Shown one piece after another: positions 6,924-15,742 of a stretch of DNA of 32,000 bases; the first letter of the stretch is position 1, and the number at the start of each line of letters is the position of its first letter. A program made the position numbers and the translations under genes. Source of the stretch: an uncultured Candidatus Saccharimonas sp. (lineage in GTDB: Bacteria; Patescibacteriota; Saccharimonadia; Saccharimonadales; Saccharimonadaceae). The stretch covers positions 191,680 through 223,679 of the forward strand of contig CAURWT010000002.1 of the NCBI GenBank assembly GCA_963528875.1. Reading direction: 5' to 3'. Under the pieces are notes generated by a model. That model was given only the letters and a program-made list of their open reading frames with translations, had not been told where the DNA came from and did no database searches.

Positions 6924-9900
6924 TAAATCCACCTATAATTATCGCCCAGAACGGAGATATCGTAGCGTTCAATTGAAGTTATTGTACCACCAGAAATTCT
7001 ATCAGTATTCTTCTTATCTGCTTTATCGTGACCTATTAAAGATATTCTACCACTATCTATATCATAGCCAACATAATAACCCTCAACAATCTTATTTCCT
7101 GCATAAATCCGCACATAATCATTTGGATACAACGAAAATTGCTTGACAAATCCATTTTCTTCAGTCGCAAAAATCTTACCTTTTTCATCGCGAATTTTAT
7201 TAAAATCGGCTTTTTCTGCCACACTTCGCCCATTTGGCGTTGGTAAAATTTCAACTTTTTTAGCATTCAACAGATGCGCATAAATTGGCGAAAAATAGTA
7301 TTCAAATTCGCCCTTGTAATTTTTGCGCTTAAACACATCCAACCGAATCGTATCACCGTTATTAACAAAAGCTTTACCTTTGTTAATTAAGAAACCGCTT
7401 TTTGAATTTTGCGTATCATAAACCTTAATTGAGCGAACAATATTACCGCGACCACCATTTTTTGTTGGTTTATAAACTGGGTTGCTTGGGTCGCCAAAAG
7501 CTTTTTCTGGTTTATTACCAAACTTATTTAATCGTGCTTTTAAGATCTCATATAAGGCTGGGTCCGTTTCACTAACTGGTGATTTTTTAAGTATTTCTAA
7601 TTTTACTTTTGTTAATCGGATTCGTTGTTTCCGTGCTATAGCCGGCTTTCCTTCCGAATCTACGTAACCTTCGACAATTTTCGGTGAACGGATCGTTTCT
7701 TCATTAATATTACCCTTTCCCGAGCGTTTTGGCATTCTTGAAACGAAAATAGGCGTTGTTCTATTTCGAAAATCTTCATCATAATTCTCAAGACCAATTA
7801 GTTCGTTGCGAAGCTCCATTGGCGATTCATAATGAGCAGTCCTTTTTCGAACTTCTTTTCCAAAATCTTTCCACGGTTCAATATCCTCAAAGGTCTGTTC
7901 AAAATCCGCTCGACTAAAAATTTCACCCGTTATTTTATCAATAACTTCATCTTCCGCCGAATATTTAAAAAGTTCAAAATATTTGTTCAGGCGTGAAATT
8001 TTTTGAATAACACTTTGGTCGATCGCAGCAATTATACAGGCATCCGTAGCGTGATGAAGGTTGTTTTCTTCGCGATCCTTTGAGCCCACACGCCAAATAC
8101 GGCGCAAATAAGAAGTTATTGAACCATTCGGCACAATCACTCGCTGAGCTGGATTTTCATTCTCAATTTTAGCAAATTTCAAATTCTTACGAAGATATTG
8201 GCTTAAGAACTTTGAAATATATCGCGTATCATTTAACGCACGGCTATTCCAATCTTCTTTTGGTGGAACTTTCGCAAGCAATCGTTCTTTCTTTCGAAAA
8301 GGAAGGTTCATTGAATTTATGCGTGCCTCAAAATCAGCCCATCGGCTTTCATTAGCACCCCAAGCTTCGAAAGGTGCTAAATTACCTTTTTGGCGGTTTT
8401 CTTCAGTGAAAACTAAAACTTTATTTATTAAGCTGTCATTTCCGCAGCGAGAGAATGGAATGATGTGATCAATTTCGGCATAATGCTCATTGGAAAATAG
8501 ATTTTCTAAAACAAGACTTTTTCCAGAATAAACGCATTTTCCGTTTTGTTGTTCATAAAGTTTAAATTTGGTAATTTGTAGGCCGGTTGGCGAAGGAACA
8601 TTAAACTCGTTTTGAAGTCGCTCTTTAATACTTTCGTTGTAACTGGCATTTGCTTTTTGAGTTTTTTTAATTTTTTCACGTTCTTTAAAATTTTTAGCTA
8701 AATCACCCGCAGCTTCAATTTTAATTTGATATGGTGCGCCATATTCTCTGATAATGGCATTTACAACTTTAACAGTCTGCGAAACCGCCCGTTTAACAAC
8801 AGGATTTGTAATTTGAGCTGATTCTTCTTTCGAAAGGGGCGGAAGCTTGTTTTTATCCCCGGAAAGCTGCTGTTTTGTATCGTAGCCTGCATTTTCTGAC
8901 GCATTACGATATGTATCACCTTTCAATAAAAATGGCAAGATTTTTCTAAGCGCCTTAAATGACAAATGGCCAAAACCGCTAACATTAATCATCATCAATG
9001 TTTCAACTGCATCTTTACTTAAATTAAGCTTCGAAATCTCTTTTCGCAAATTTTCATCATCTTTATTACATGAAAGAATTTCACCAAGTTCATCTAGCAT
9101 TCTATAATTATTGTCACAAACTTTTTGCCAATCTTCTGGAGTGTTTGAAAGAACAGCTTTAACCTTATGATAAAAAGAAAGTTCACCGAATTTATTTTCT
9201 TCACCGTTATTTTTGCTATCTTTTTTAATCTCGCCACGAATCATATTTGCTGGAAAGCTAAAGTTTTCATCTTTTTTATAACCTAAAACTTCACGGATGT
9301 GTTGATATTTCAGCGCTTTAATATCCTTAGCTTTTTCAATAACTTTTGAAATTTCTTCTTCCGTTAGACCGCGCTCCTTGTTGTTTATTACAACCCTTAA
9401 GTGCGCTAAGTTTTCTGCCAAACGAAACATCTCGAAACTATAACTCGCTTTTGGCGCACGAAATTCAGATTTCTCGAGACTACACTTTCCGCGCATTTTC
9501 ATAATTAATTCACTAGTTATAAATGGGCGTTGCGAAAAAATTCCGTTAAAATTACCTTCCTTTTCGTTTCCAAAAAGGAGAAAATTAATCTTTTCATCTG
9601 AAAGCTTCAAGCCAAATTCTTTTTGAATTTTTAAAATAAGCTTCGCTTCATCTTCGAAATTCGCCCGCACGAAAGAATTGCTGTAATCTTCAGCTTTATT
9701 CCTTTTGTGAGCTATAAATTTTTCATTCGAATTTAACGCACTAGCAACAGTTTTATACTCTTTGAGTAACTTCTCGTTTTTTGAAATTGCTGAAAGAACT
9801 TTCGAATTTTCTTTATCGTTTTCTTCGGCAGATTTTCGATTACTTTTATATCCACGATGTTTAGCAATGTGATATAAACCAACAAAGAGTTCCTCGTTCG

Positions 9901-10228
9901 AGATCTTCTCATTCAACGCCTTTTCTCGAATTTTATATGGATCAAGTTTATTTCCTGGCTTTAAAAGCTCTTCAATTTGTTCTTTAGCTAATAGATTATT
10001 ATCTCTGAAGAATCTTTTAATAAAATTTAACCGCTGACGGCGACGCTTCAATCTTCTTCTTGTTGAGCGAGCTGTTCGCCGAGCTTCAGACAGACTTTTA
10101 CCATCTTTCGGGTTTTCTGGTTTTTCGAAAATCCGAACGCCAACTTTTTCGATTCTTTTGTTATCTTCATCGATTATAGCCCAACCAATTGAGGTCGTAC
10201 CTATATCTAAACCTATTGAGTACTTCAT
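6923..10228 (-). CDS. cas9: Cas9, type II-C size class (1101 aa), with all catalytic motifs intact
   Basis: RuvC-I is MKYSIGLDIGTTSIGWAII. The Arg-rich bridge helix is RRTARSTRRRLKRRRQRL. RuvC-II is IKIEAAGDL. HNH is EIDHIIPFSRCGNDSLINKVLV..ENRQKGN. RuvC-III is HHATDACIIAAI. Confidence 0.97.
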   Translation of the reverse strand: MKYSIGLDIGTTSIGWAIIDEDNKRIEKVGVRIFEKPENPKDGKSLSEARRTARSTRRRLKRRRQRLNFIKRFFRDNNLLAKEQIEELLKPGNKLDPYKIREKALNEKISNEELFVGLYHIAKHRGYKSNRKSAEENDKENSKVLSAISKNEKLLKEYKTVASALNSNEKFIAHKRNKAEDYSNSFVRANFEDEAKLILKIQKEFGLKLSDEKINFLLFGNEKEGNFNGIFSQRPFITSELIMKMRGKCSLEKSEFRAPKASYSFEMFRLAENLAHLRVVINNKERGLTEEEISKVIEKAKDIKALKYQHIREVLGYKKDENFSFPANMIRGEIKKDSKNNGEENKFGELSFYHKVKAVLSNTPEDWQKVCDNNYRMLDELGEILSCNKDDENLRKEISKLNLSKDAVETLMMINVSGFGHLSFKALRKILPFLLKGDTYRNASENAGYDTKQQLSGDKNKLPPLSKEESAQITNPVVKRAVSQTVKVVNAIIREYGAPYQIKIEAAGDLAKNFKEREKIKKTQKANASYNESIKERLQNEFNVPSPTGLQITKFKLYEQQNGKCVYSGKSLVLENLFSNEHYAEIDHIIPFSRCGNDSLINKVLVFTEENRQKGNLAPFEAWGANESRWADFEARINSMNLPFRKKERLLAKVPPKEDWNSRALNDTRYISKFLSQYLRKNLKFAKIENENPAQRVIVPNGSITSYLRRIWRVGSKDREENNLHHATDACIIAAIDQSVIQKISRLNKYFELFKYSAEDEVIDKITGEIFSRADFEQTFEDIEPWKDFGKEVRKRTAHYESPMELRNELIGLENYDEDFRNRTTPIFVSRMPKRSGKGNINEETIRSPKIVEGYVDSEGKPAIARKQRIRLTKVKLEILKKSPVSETDPALYEILKARLNKFGNKPEKAFGDPSNPVYKPTKNGGRGNIVRSIKVYDTQNSKSGFLINKGKAFVNNGDTIRLDVFKRKNYKGEFEYYFSPIYAHLLNAKKVEILPTPNGRSVAEKADFNKIRDEKGKIFATEENGFVKQFSLYPNDYVRIYAGNKIVEGYYVGYDIDSGRISLIGHDKADKKNTDRISGGTITSIERYDISVLGDNYRWI

Positions 10229-10234
10229 AACTCT

Positions 10235-10263
10235 ATTATAAGATAATAAGTTTTTTTATTCAA
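10235..10263 (-). promoter_or_regulatory. cas9 promoter, predicted to give a leaderless mRNA
   Basis: On the minus strand: TTGAAT (10263-10258), 17 nt, TATAAT (10240-10235), then agagtt (6 nt) to the ATG at 10228. No SD is present. Confidence 0.55.
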
Positions 10264-10432
10264 TATAAAGATAATCCACCCTTTAAGGATGGATTAGAGC
10301 TTTGCCTTAGGTTCGATAATAGAACTCTCAACCGTAGCTACACAGTGCGAAACTGCTGCCCTTAGTTGCTAAGATTATTATAGAAACCTAACGATTTAGA
10401 ATATGATACAATCCTTACTTAAGGGACTGTCC
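10262..10432 (-). ncRNA. tracrRNA (predicted)
   Basis: Plus-strand 10377-10412 is a same-sense copy of the repeat (30/36 identical). A minus-strand transcript is therefore complementary to the crRNA repeat, with a 3-nt mismatch bubble at repeat positions 8-10. Downstream are a nexus-like hairpin CUUAG-CAA-CUAAG and a terminal hairpin AAUCCAUCC-UUAAA-GGGUGGAUU (10295-10273). That hairpin is fully paired only on the minus strand. The ends are estimates. Confidence 0.75.
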
Positions 10433-10438
10433 TTATAC

Positions 10439-10467
10439 AGTATACATCTAAATAAAATTATTGTCAA
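10439..10467 (-). promoter_or_regulatory. tracrRNA promoter
   Basis: On the minus strand: TTGACA (10467-10462), 17 nt, TATACT (10444-10439). The predicted TSS is near 10432, about 20 nt upstream of the anti-repeat. Confidence 0.65.
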
Positions 10468-10469
10468 TA

Positions 10470-10500
10470 CAAAAAACACGCTTTTTTTAGCTTAGCGCGC
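10470..10500 (-). terminator. Terminator of the ftsA-ftsZ-nrdR operon
   Basis: On the minus strand: CGCGCU-(11 nt)-AGCGUG followed by UUUUUU, immediately downstream of the stop at 10492. Confidence 0.5.
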
Positions 10501-10752
10501 ATAGTATGCAGCTTCATCAATTAACGGTAAAGGTCGCCCGCGCCACATCTGCAAAAGTCGGCCATCGTCAGCAATCGCTAAGATTGTTGGATATTCAACG
10601 ATATCATAAGCTTGCAAGAAAAATTGATCCCTACTGCCATCTGGGTTCATTTGCTCAATTTCGAGCCCAGTTTGCCTTTCAAAATCATCAATATATTCTC
10701 GAACTTCACGGCCATGATCGCTAGCATCTCTATAAACTACTACAATTCTCAT
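10492..10752 (-). CDS. Small thioredoxin-fold-like protein without a CxxC motif (hypothetical)
   Basis: 86 aa. The pattern MRIVVVYRD...EYPTILAIADDG is beta-alpha-beta like, as in a glutaredoxin or thioredoxin fold. No cysteines are present. It overlaps the nrdR 3' end by 23 nt. Confidence 0.4.
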   Translation of the reverse strand: MRIVVVYRDASDHGREVREYIDDFERQTGLEIEQMNPDGSRDQFFLQAYDIVEYPTILAIADDGRLLQMWRGRPLPLIDEAAYYAR

Positions 10753-11185
10753 TTTCTTCTCTAACCCTCAATAAAATCTCTTCGAAATCTTCAACTGTTT
10801 CAAAACCATTAAAAACACTTGCGAAACGAATGTACGCAACTTTATTCATCTCAAACAAGACCGAAAGAACCGTTTCGCCAATCTGGTGTGAAGAAACTTT
10901 ACTTGATTTTTGAAGAAGTTCATTCTCAACGCGATTGATAATTTCTTCAACTTGAAGATCAGAAATGAACTTACCAATTGAACGAATAATTGAACTCTTA
11001 AGCTTTTCACGACTAAAATCCTCACGGCCACCATGCGACTTCATAACAACAATTCGTGGTTTTTCAATCCGCTCATAGGTGGTGAAACGGGTGCCATCTG
11101 GCGCAACTCGGCGACGGCGCACAGATTGGCCGTCAACCGACATTCTACTTTCCAAAACTTTTGTTTCGTCAAGTTTAAATTCCAT
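10730..11185 (-). CDS. nrdR: NrdR-family transcriptional repressor homologue lacking the zinc-ribbon cysteines
   Basis: The motifs SVRRRR....RFTTYE, an ATP-cone segment VVMKSHGGREDFSREKL, and KVAYIRFASVF match NrdR. The positions of the two CxxC pairs read EFKLD and VAPD. The start overlaps the ftsZ stop as TAATG. Confidence 0.8.
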   Translation of the reverse strand: MEFKLDETKVLESRMSVDGQSVRRRRVAPDGTRFTTYERIEKPRIVVMKSHGGREDFSREKLKSSIIRSIGKFISDLQVEEIINRVENELLQKSSKVSSHQIGETVLSVLFEMNKVAYIRFASVFNGFETVEDFEEILLRVREENENCSSL

Positions 11186-12408
11186 TAATCTTCCTTTTTA
11201 TTACGTTTTCGGCGTCGTAAAAATGCAGGAATATCGCTCTCATCCTTTTCTTCTTCATCTTGAGCCCAAATATTTTTAGTTTCGATATCACTAGCAAAAT
11301 CTTCGGCTGAAGTTTTTTCTTCATTATTTAATTCCATATCAATTGCGTTCGAAATTGTATGGTTAATTTCTTGCGATTCAGTATGATCGTTTTCAAGATT
11401 AAAAGTTTTCGAAACAGCACTTTCGAGCGAATTTATCACAGGCTCATTATAATCACGGTCAAAACCAGTTGCAACAACTGTAATAATCAATTCATCTTCA
11501 AGCTCAGGTTTAAGTGTTGCACCAAAAATGATATTTGCATCTGGAGCAACAGCACCAGTAATAATCTCAGCTGCCTCTTGAATCTCGCTCATACTCATAT
11601 CATAACCACCAGCAACGTTGAATAGAACACCACGCGCGCCATCAATAGAAACCTCAATCATTGGGCTTTCGATAGCTTGTTCGGCAGCCTTTTGAGCACG
11701 ATTATCACCACTCGCACGGCCAATTCCCATCAAAGCAGAACCAGCATTACTCATAATTGACTTAACATCCGCAAAGTCAAGGTTGATTAAACCATGCTCA
11801 GTAATAAGTTCAGAAATGCCCTGAACACCTTGCCGAAGAACATCGTCGGCAATTTTAAAAGTTTCAAGAAGTGGCAAATTCCTATCAACAGTTTGAAGAA
11901 GACGATCATTTGGGATTGTTATTAAAGTATCAACCGCATCGGCAAGCTTTTCAATTGCCCAATCAGCATTAGTTTTGCGTTTTGCGCCTTCGAAAGTAAA
12001 TGGACGTGTTGCAACACCGATAACTAAAATTCCCATTTCACGAGCAATTTCAGCCACAACGTGACCAGCGCCAGAACCAGTTCCACCACCAGCACCAATG
12101 GCGATAAACACCATATCGGCACCATCAAGAGCCTCGCGAATTTCTTCTCGAGATTCAAGAGCGGCGCTCTCACCAACAATAGGATCAGCACCAGCGCCTA
12201 AACCATTTGTAGTTTCACGACCAAGGTGGATTTTCTTGTCGGCCTTTGATTTATATAAAGCTTGAGCATCAGTGTTCATCGCAATAAACTCGATGTTACT
12301 CAAACCAACATCTTTCATTCGATTAACGGCGCTTCCACCGGCACCACCGATACCTACAACTTTAATTTTAGCAAAAGTTTGAACTTCATTTGGCATAATT
12401 TCTGGCAT
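11185..12408 (-). CDS. ftsZ: Cell division GTPase FtsZ
   Basis: Contains [17 protein letters not shown], the tubulin signature GGGTGSGA, and the C-terminal peptide DIPAFLRRR. Confidence 0.97.
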   Translation of the reverse strand: MPEIMPNEVQTFAKIKVVGIGGAGGSAVNRMKDVGLSNIEFIAMNTDAQALYKSKADKKIHLGRETTNGLGAGADPIVGESAALESREEIREALDGADMVFIAIGAGGGTGSGAGHVVAEIAREMGILVIGVATRPFTFEGAKRKTNADWAIEKLADAVDTLITIPNDRLLQTVDRNLPLLETFKIADDVLRQGVQGISELITEHGLINLDFADVKSIMSNAGSALMGIGRASGDNRAQKAAEQAIESPMIEVSIDGARGVLFNVAGGYDMSMSEIQEAAEIITGAVAPDANIIFGATLKPELEDELIITVVATGFDRDYNEPVINSLESAVSKTFNLENDHTESQEINHTISNAIDMELNNEEKTSAEDFASDIETKNIWAQDEEEKDESDIPAFLRRRKRNKKED

Positions 12409-12441
12409 TTCTTCTCCTTAATCTACTCCCATTATATCACT

Positions 12442-13656
12442 TTATTGTTTTTTCTTGAATAATTTTGCGAAAAATCCGATTTTCGCTGGTTCTTCATCTC
12501 TATAACTATTATATCTTGAAGTATTATCGCGCATTTCGATTAACAAACCGACTGCAGCAGAATACTCGAGCGCTTTAACCTTTTCAGAAACTGTATTATC
12601 AATTCCATTTTTACTAATCTGTACTGCAAGCTGAAGATATTTTTTCGCAAATGTATCAATTCCTTTAAGAGCTGCTCCACCCCCAGTTAGTACAATACCG
12701 CCTGGTAATTGATTCTCAAAGCCAGACTTTCGAAGAACCTTTCGAACTTCCTCAAAAATTTCTTCAACCCTTGCCTCAATAATTTCATCAATTTCTTGCG
12801 TATTAAAGCTGTAATGCTCGCGACCATGTTTTACAACAATATCACTATTATTTTCTCTTTCGAAAGCAAAACCGTGCTTAATTTTAATTTCTTCAGCAAC
12901 TTCTGGAGAAACCTTTAGCCCAATTGCAAGGTCGTTGGTAATATTTATTCCTCCCAGCGGAATATTTTCAATGAATTGCAAATTACCATCTTCGAAAATC
13001 ACAACACCGGTAGTTGAAGCTCCCAAATCAACAACAACAACGCCATTTTCTTTTTGGTTTTCAGTTAGCACAGCCCGAGCTGAAGCTACTACACTTGGAA
13101 TGTATAAATTCGAAGAAATATCAAACCGCTCCAAAATATTTTCAGCATTTTCAACTTGTATTCTTGGTGCAGAAATTGCGTTTCCATAAACCTCAAGCCG
13201 TGTTCCAACCATTTCGAAAGGATCAGCAATCCCTTCTTGATTATCAACATTATAATAATAAGGTATAAACTTCAAGATTTCTCGATTTTCTGGGATTTTG
13301 CCGATCAATGCAACATCTTCAACTCGGTCAATATCCTCATCACCAACCAAGCCTTTTTCTGAGTTCACTGCAACCATTCCGTCTACTTTTGTACTCAAAA
13401 TTTGCACGCCATTAACGCTCACAGCTGCTCTTTCCGTTTTATAGCCGCTCATGCGTTCAGCTTCATCAAGAGCTTTATCAATCGCACGATAAACATTTTC
13501 TGGATGCGTGATAACGCCTTTTTTAAGTCCAGAATTTTCAGCCGACCCAAGCCCCAAAATATTTGGCGAACCATCTCTATCAAAGTTCGCAATAAGTACA
13601 CGAACCTTACTTGTTCCAATATCTATTCCTACCGCATATCGAGAATTCTCATTCAT
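12442..13656 (-). CDS. ftsA: Cell division protein FtsA
   Basis: 404 aa with an actin-like ATPase fold: GIDIGTSKVRVLIA and VVDLGASTTGVVIF. It lies immediately upstream of ftsZ. Confidence 0.93.
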   Translation of the reverse strand: MNENSRYAVGIDIGTSKVRVLIANFDRDGSPNILGLGSAENSGLKKGVITHPENVYRAIDKALDEAERMSGYKTERAAVSVNGVQILSTKVDGMVAVNSEKGLVGDEDIDRVEDVALIGKIPENREILKFIPYYYNVDNQEGIADPFEMVGTRLEVYGNAISAPRIQVENAENILERFDISSNLYIPSVVASARAVLTENQKENGVVVVDLGASTTGVVIFEDGNLQFIENIPLGGINITNDLAIGLKVSPEVAEEIKIKHGFAFERENNSDIVVKHGREHYSFNTQEIDEIIEARVEEIFEEVRKVLRKSGFENQLPGGIVLTGGGAALKGIDTFAKKYLQLAVQISKNGIDNTVSEKVKALEYSAAVGLLIEMRDNTSRYNSYRDEEPAKIGFFAKLFKKKQ

Positions 13657-13662
13657 AGTTCT

Positions 13663-13691
13663 ATTATACCGTTAATGCTAATTTTTAGCAA
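13663..13691 (-). promoter_or_regulatory. ftsA operon promoter, predicted leaderless
   Basis: On the minus strand: TTGCTA (13691-13686), 17 nt, TATAAT (13668-13663), then agaact (6 nt) to the ATG at 13656. No SD is present. Confidence 0.55.
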
Positions 13692-13751
13692 GAGTAAAAA
13701 TAATAAAACGAACAAAATTTATATTTTTATTTCAAAGCAGAATATAAAAAT

Positions 13752-13786
13752 AAAAAAGCACCCTCGCAGTAGGTGGGTGTTTTTTC
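13752..13786. terminator. Bidirectional terminator downstream of the tRNA pair
   Basis: The sequence is aaaaaaGCACCC-tcgcagtaggt-GGGTGtttttt, with T-runs on both strands. Confidence 0.6.
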
Positions 13787-13799
13787 AAAAAATAATTTC

Positions 13800-13885
13800 T
13801 GGTGCTGGGAGAAAGATTCGAACTTTCGAAGGCATCTGCCGACAGATTTACAGTCTGTTGTGTTTGACCGCTTCACTATCCCAGC
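13800..13885 (-). tRNA. tRNA-Tyr (GUA) with a long variable arm and encoded CCA
   Basis: Hand-folded. The acceptor stem is GCTGGGA/TCCCAGC. The anticodon loop is CTGTAAA. The variable arm is CGGCAGATGCCTTC. The T arm is GAAAG-TTCGAAT-CTTTC, followed by A-CCA. Confidence 0.9.
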
Positions 13886-13911
13886 ATTCAACTCTTGTAT
13901 TAAAAAATACT

Positions 13912-13988
13912 TGGAGCCACCTTTCGGATTCGAACCGAAGGCCTGCTGTTTACAAAACAGCTGCTCTAACCAGCTGAGCTAAGGTGGC
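13912..13988 (-). tRNA. tRNA-Thr (UGU) with encoded CCA
   Basis: Hand-folded. The acceptor stem is GCCACCT/AGGTGGC. The D arm is GCTC-AGCTGGTTA-GAGC. The anticodon arm is GCTGT-TTTGTAA-ACAGC. The T arm is TTCGG-TTCGAAT-CCGAA, followed by T-CCA. Confidence 0.9.
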
Positions 13989-14007
13989 ACAACCAAGTAT
14001 ATTAATA

Positions 14008-14036
14008 ATTATACACGAGCCTTTTCAAAATTGCAA
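14008..14036 (-). promoter_or_regulatory. Promoter of the tRNA-Thr/tRNA-Tyr unit
   Basis: On the minus strand: TTGCAA (14036-14031), 17 nt, TATAAT (14013-14008), about 20 nt upstream of the tRNA-Thr 5' end. Confidence 0.6.
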
Positions 14037-14048
14037 GCACTTTTTTGA

Positions 14049-14960
14049 TTATTTTTCTAAAATCTCAATCGTCGAATCTACAATCTGAAAATCTGGTAAA
14101 AAATGGGAGATTTTTTTGCGAATCTCAGTAGCTCTTGAAATATCGCTCACAAAAATTCTTGCCGTAAAAATATGTTCCGCTCCGTCAAGGCTCCAAAAAT
14201 GAATATTTTCAATTTTCAAAACACCTTCAATCGCTAAAATTTGCTTTTTAATTTTGTTCAAATTTTTTATACTTGGTGCACGTTGAGTTAAAATTTTTAA
14301 AACACCCCAAGCATTCGAAATTGCTCCCCAAGAAATAAATAATAAAATACATAAACTTGCCACACGATCGAGTATATGAAGGCCTGAAAATGAAATCAAA
14401 ACAGAGGTGATAAATGTTAAAATCCAACCAAGCAGATCTTCAATTAAGTGAAGCGAAACTGTTCGGTCAAGAATATTTTTCGAACCATATAAGCGTGCTG
14501 CAGCGAATAAATTAACTAAAATCCCTGCAATTGAAACAATCATTAATCCTGGAACATTCACATATGGGTGAACATGCGGAAAAGTAAATTCATAATATAC
14601 AGAAATCGCCATTGTGTATGAAAGCCACAAAATCACACCAGCATTTAAAAGAGCCCCGAGCGCTGCAAAACGTTTATAACCATAGCTCATTACAGAAGTT
14701 GGTTTTTTCTTGCTTAGTTTATTTAAAATTAATGTAATCGTAAGCAAAATTGCATCACCCAAATCGTGAACAGCATCAGCCGAAATCGCCGCCGAACTAA
14801 AAAGTGTACCAAAGAAAAATTCCGCAATCGAAAAACCCAAATTTAAACCAATAGCCAGCGGAAGATTACTTGATTTTTTATGATTATGTGCTATTCCAAA
14901 ATGAGCGTGCACTTGTTTGCAAGCATTTTTCTCTTTCGAAAATTTAGCTTTCCCTCCCAT
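14049..14960 (-). CDS. Cation diffusion facilitator family transporter (Zn/Co/Cd efflux type)
   Basis: 303 aa with six hydrophobic segments. The CDF motifs HDLGDAI and HLIEDLLGW are present, along with a His-rich N-terminus. Confidence 0.85.
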   Translation of the reverse strand: MGGKAKFSKEKNACKQVHAHFGIAHNHKKSSNLPLAIGLNLGFSIAEFFFGTLFSSAAISADAVHDLGDAILLTITLILNKLSKKKPTSVMSYGYKRFAALGALLNAGVILWLSYTMAISVYYEFTFPHVHPYVNVPGLMIVSIAGILVNLFAAARLYGSKNILDRTVSLHLIEDLLGWILTFITSVLISFSGLHILDRVASLCILLFISWGAISNAWGVLKILTQRAPSIKNLNKIKKQILAIEGVLKIENIHFWSLDGAEHIFTARIFVSDISRATEIRKKISHFLPDFQIVDSTIEILEK

Positions 14961-14971
14961 TTTTCGAAATT

Positions 14972-15742
14972 TTATTCTAAAGTAAGAATTTCTGCTCCAT
15001 CTTTTGTGACCAAAATGGTGTGTTCAAAATGTGCTGAAAGTGAGCCGTCTCTCATTAAAACATCCCATTCGCTATCTGTTCCATTGAAAATTACATCACC
15101 CTTACCCAGTGAAGTCATTGGCTCAATGCAAAAAGTGTCACCCTCTTGAAAAACTACACCTGTACCAGCTTTGCCGTAATTTGGAACTTCTGGCGCCATA
15201 TGCATTTTTAAACCTACACCATGGCCAACCAATTCCCGAACATTACCAAGTTTTGATTTTTTTAGCGATTTTTCAACTGCCGCACCAATATCACCAGTTT
15301 TCACGCCAGGCTTAACAACAGCAATTCCAGCTGAAAGCGCTTTTTTAGTATCGTTCAAGAGATGCTTAACTGCTCCTTTTGGCTCTTCACCAATCACGGT
15401 TGTCGTGGCAGAATCAGTCATCATTCCCTTAAATTCAATTACCATGTCAAATTTTACTACATCACCTTTTTCGAAAGGGATATCATTTGGCGCGCCGTGG
15501 ACAACACAATCATTCACCGAAATACAAACTACACCAGGAAAATTTACCTCTGGCGTGAGATAAGCAGATCTTGCTCCATATTCTTTAATTTTCTTGCGCG
15601 CAAAAGCATCAACTTCAAGACCAGTCGTGCCAACTTTCGAAAATTCCGTAAGCTCACGCAAAATTCGCGCGAGGATTTTTCCGCCCTCACGCATTGCCTG
15701 AATCTGTGCTTCAGTTTTATTGCCAGTAATTAAATTCCGCAC
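14972..15742 (-). CDS. map: Methionine aminopeptidase, type I
   Basis: Metal-ligand regions are VVKFDMV, GHGVG, FCIEP and HFEHT. The protein is 256 aa. Confidence 0.93.
   Translation of the reverse strand: MRNLITGNKTEAQIQAMREGGKILARILRELTEFSKVGTTGLEVDAFARKKIKEYGARSAYLTPEVNFPGVVCISVNDCVVHGAPNDIPFEKGDVVKFDMVIEFKGMMTDSATTTVIGEEPKGAVKHLLNDTKKALSAGIAVVKPGVKTGDIGAAVEKSLKKSKLGNVRELVGHGVGLKMHMAPEVPNYGKAGTGVVFQEGDTFCIEPMTSLGKGDVIFNGTDSEWDVLMRDGSLSAHFEHTILVTKDGAEILTLE

Noticed and set aside
13402-13982. Plus-strand ORFs of 191 aa and 69 aa covering the ftsA 5' end, the terminator and both tRNAs
   Set aside because: They run through two well-folded minus-strand tRNA genes and an intergenic terminator. 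They have low-complexity composition and no SD. They are spurious.
13657-14048. The tRNA-Tyr/tRNA-Thr pair as an integration hotspot or the edge of a mobile element
   Set aside because: There is no integrase, transposase, direct repeat of a tRNA 3' end or compositional break nearby. The flanking genes are core housekeeping genes.
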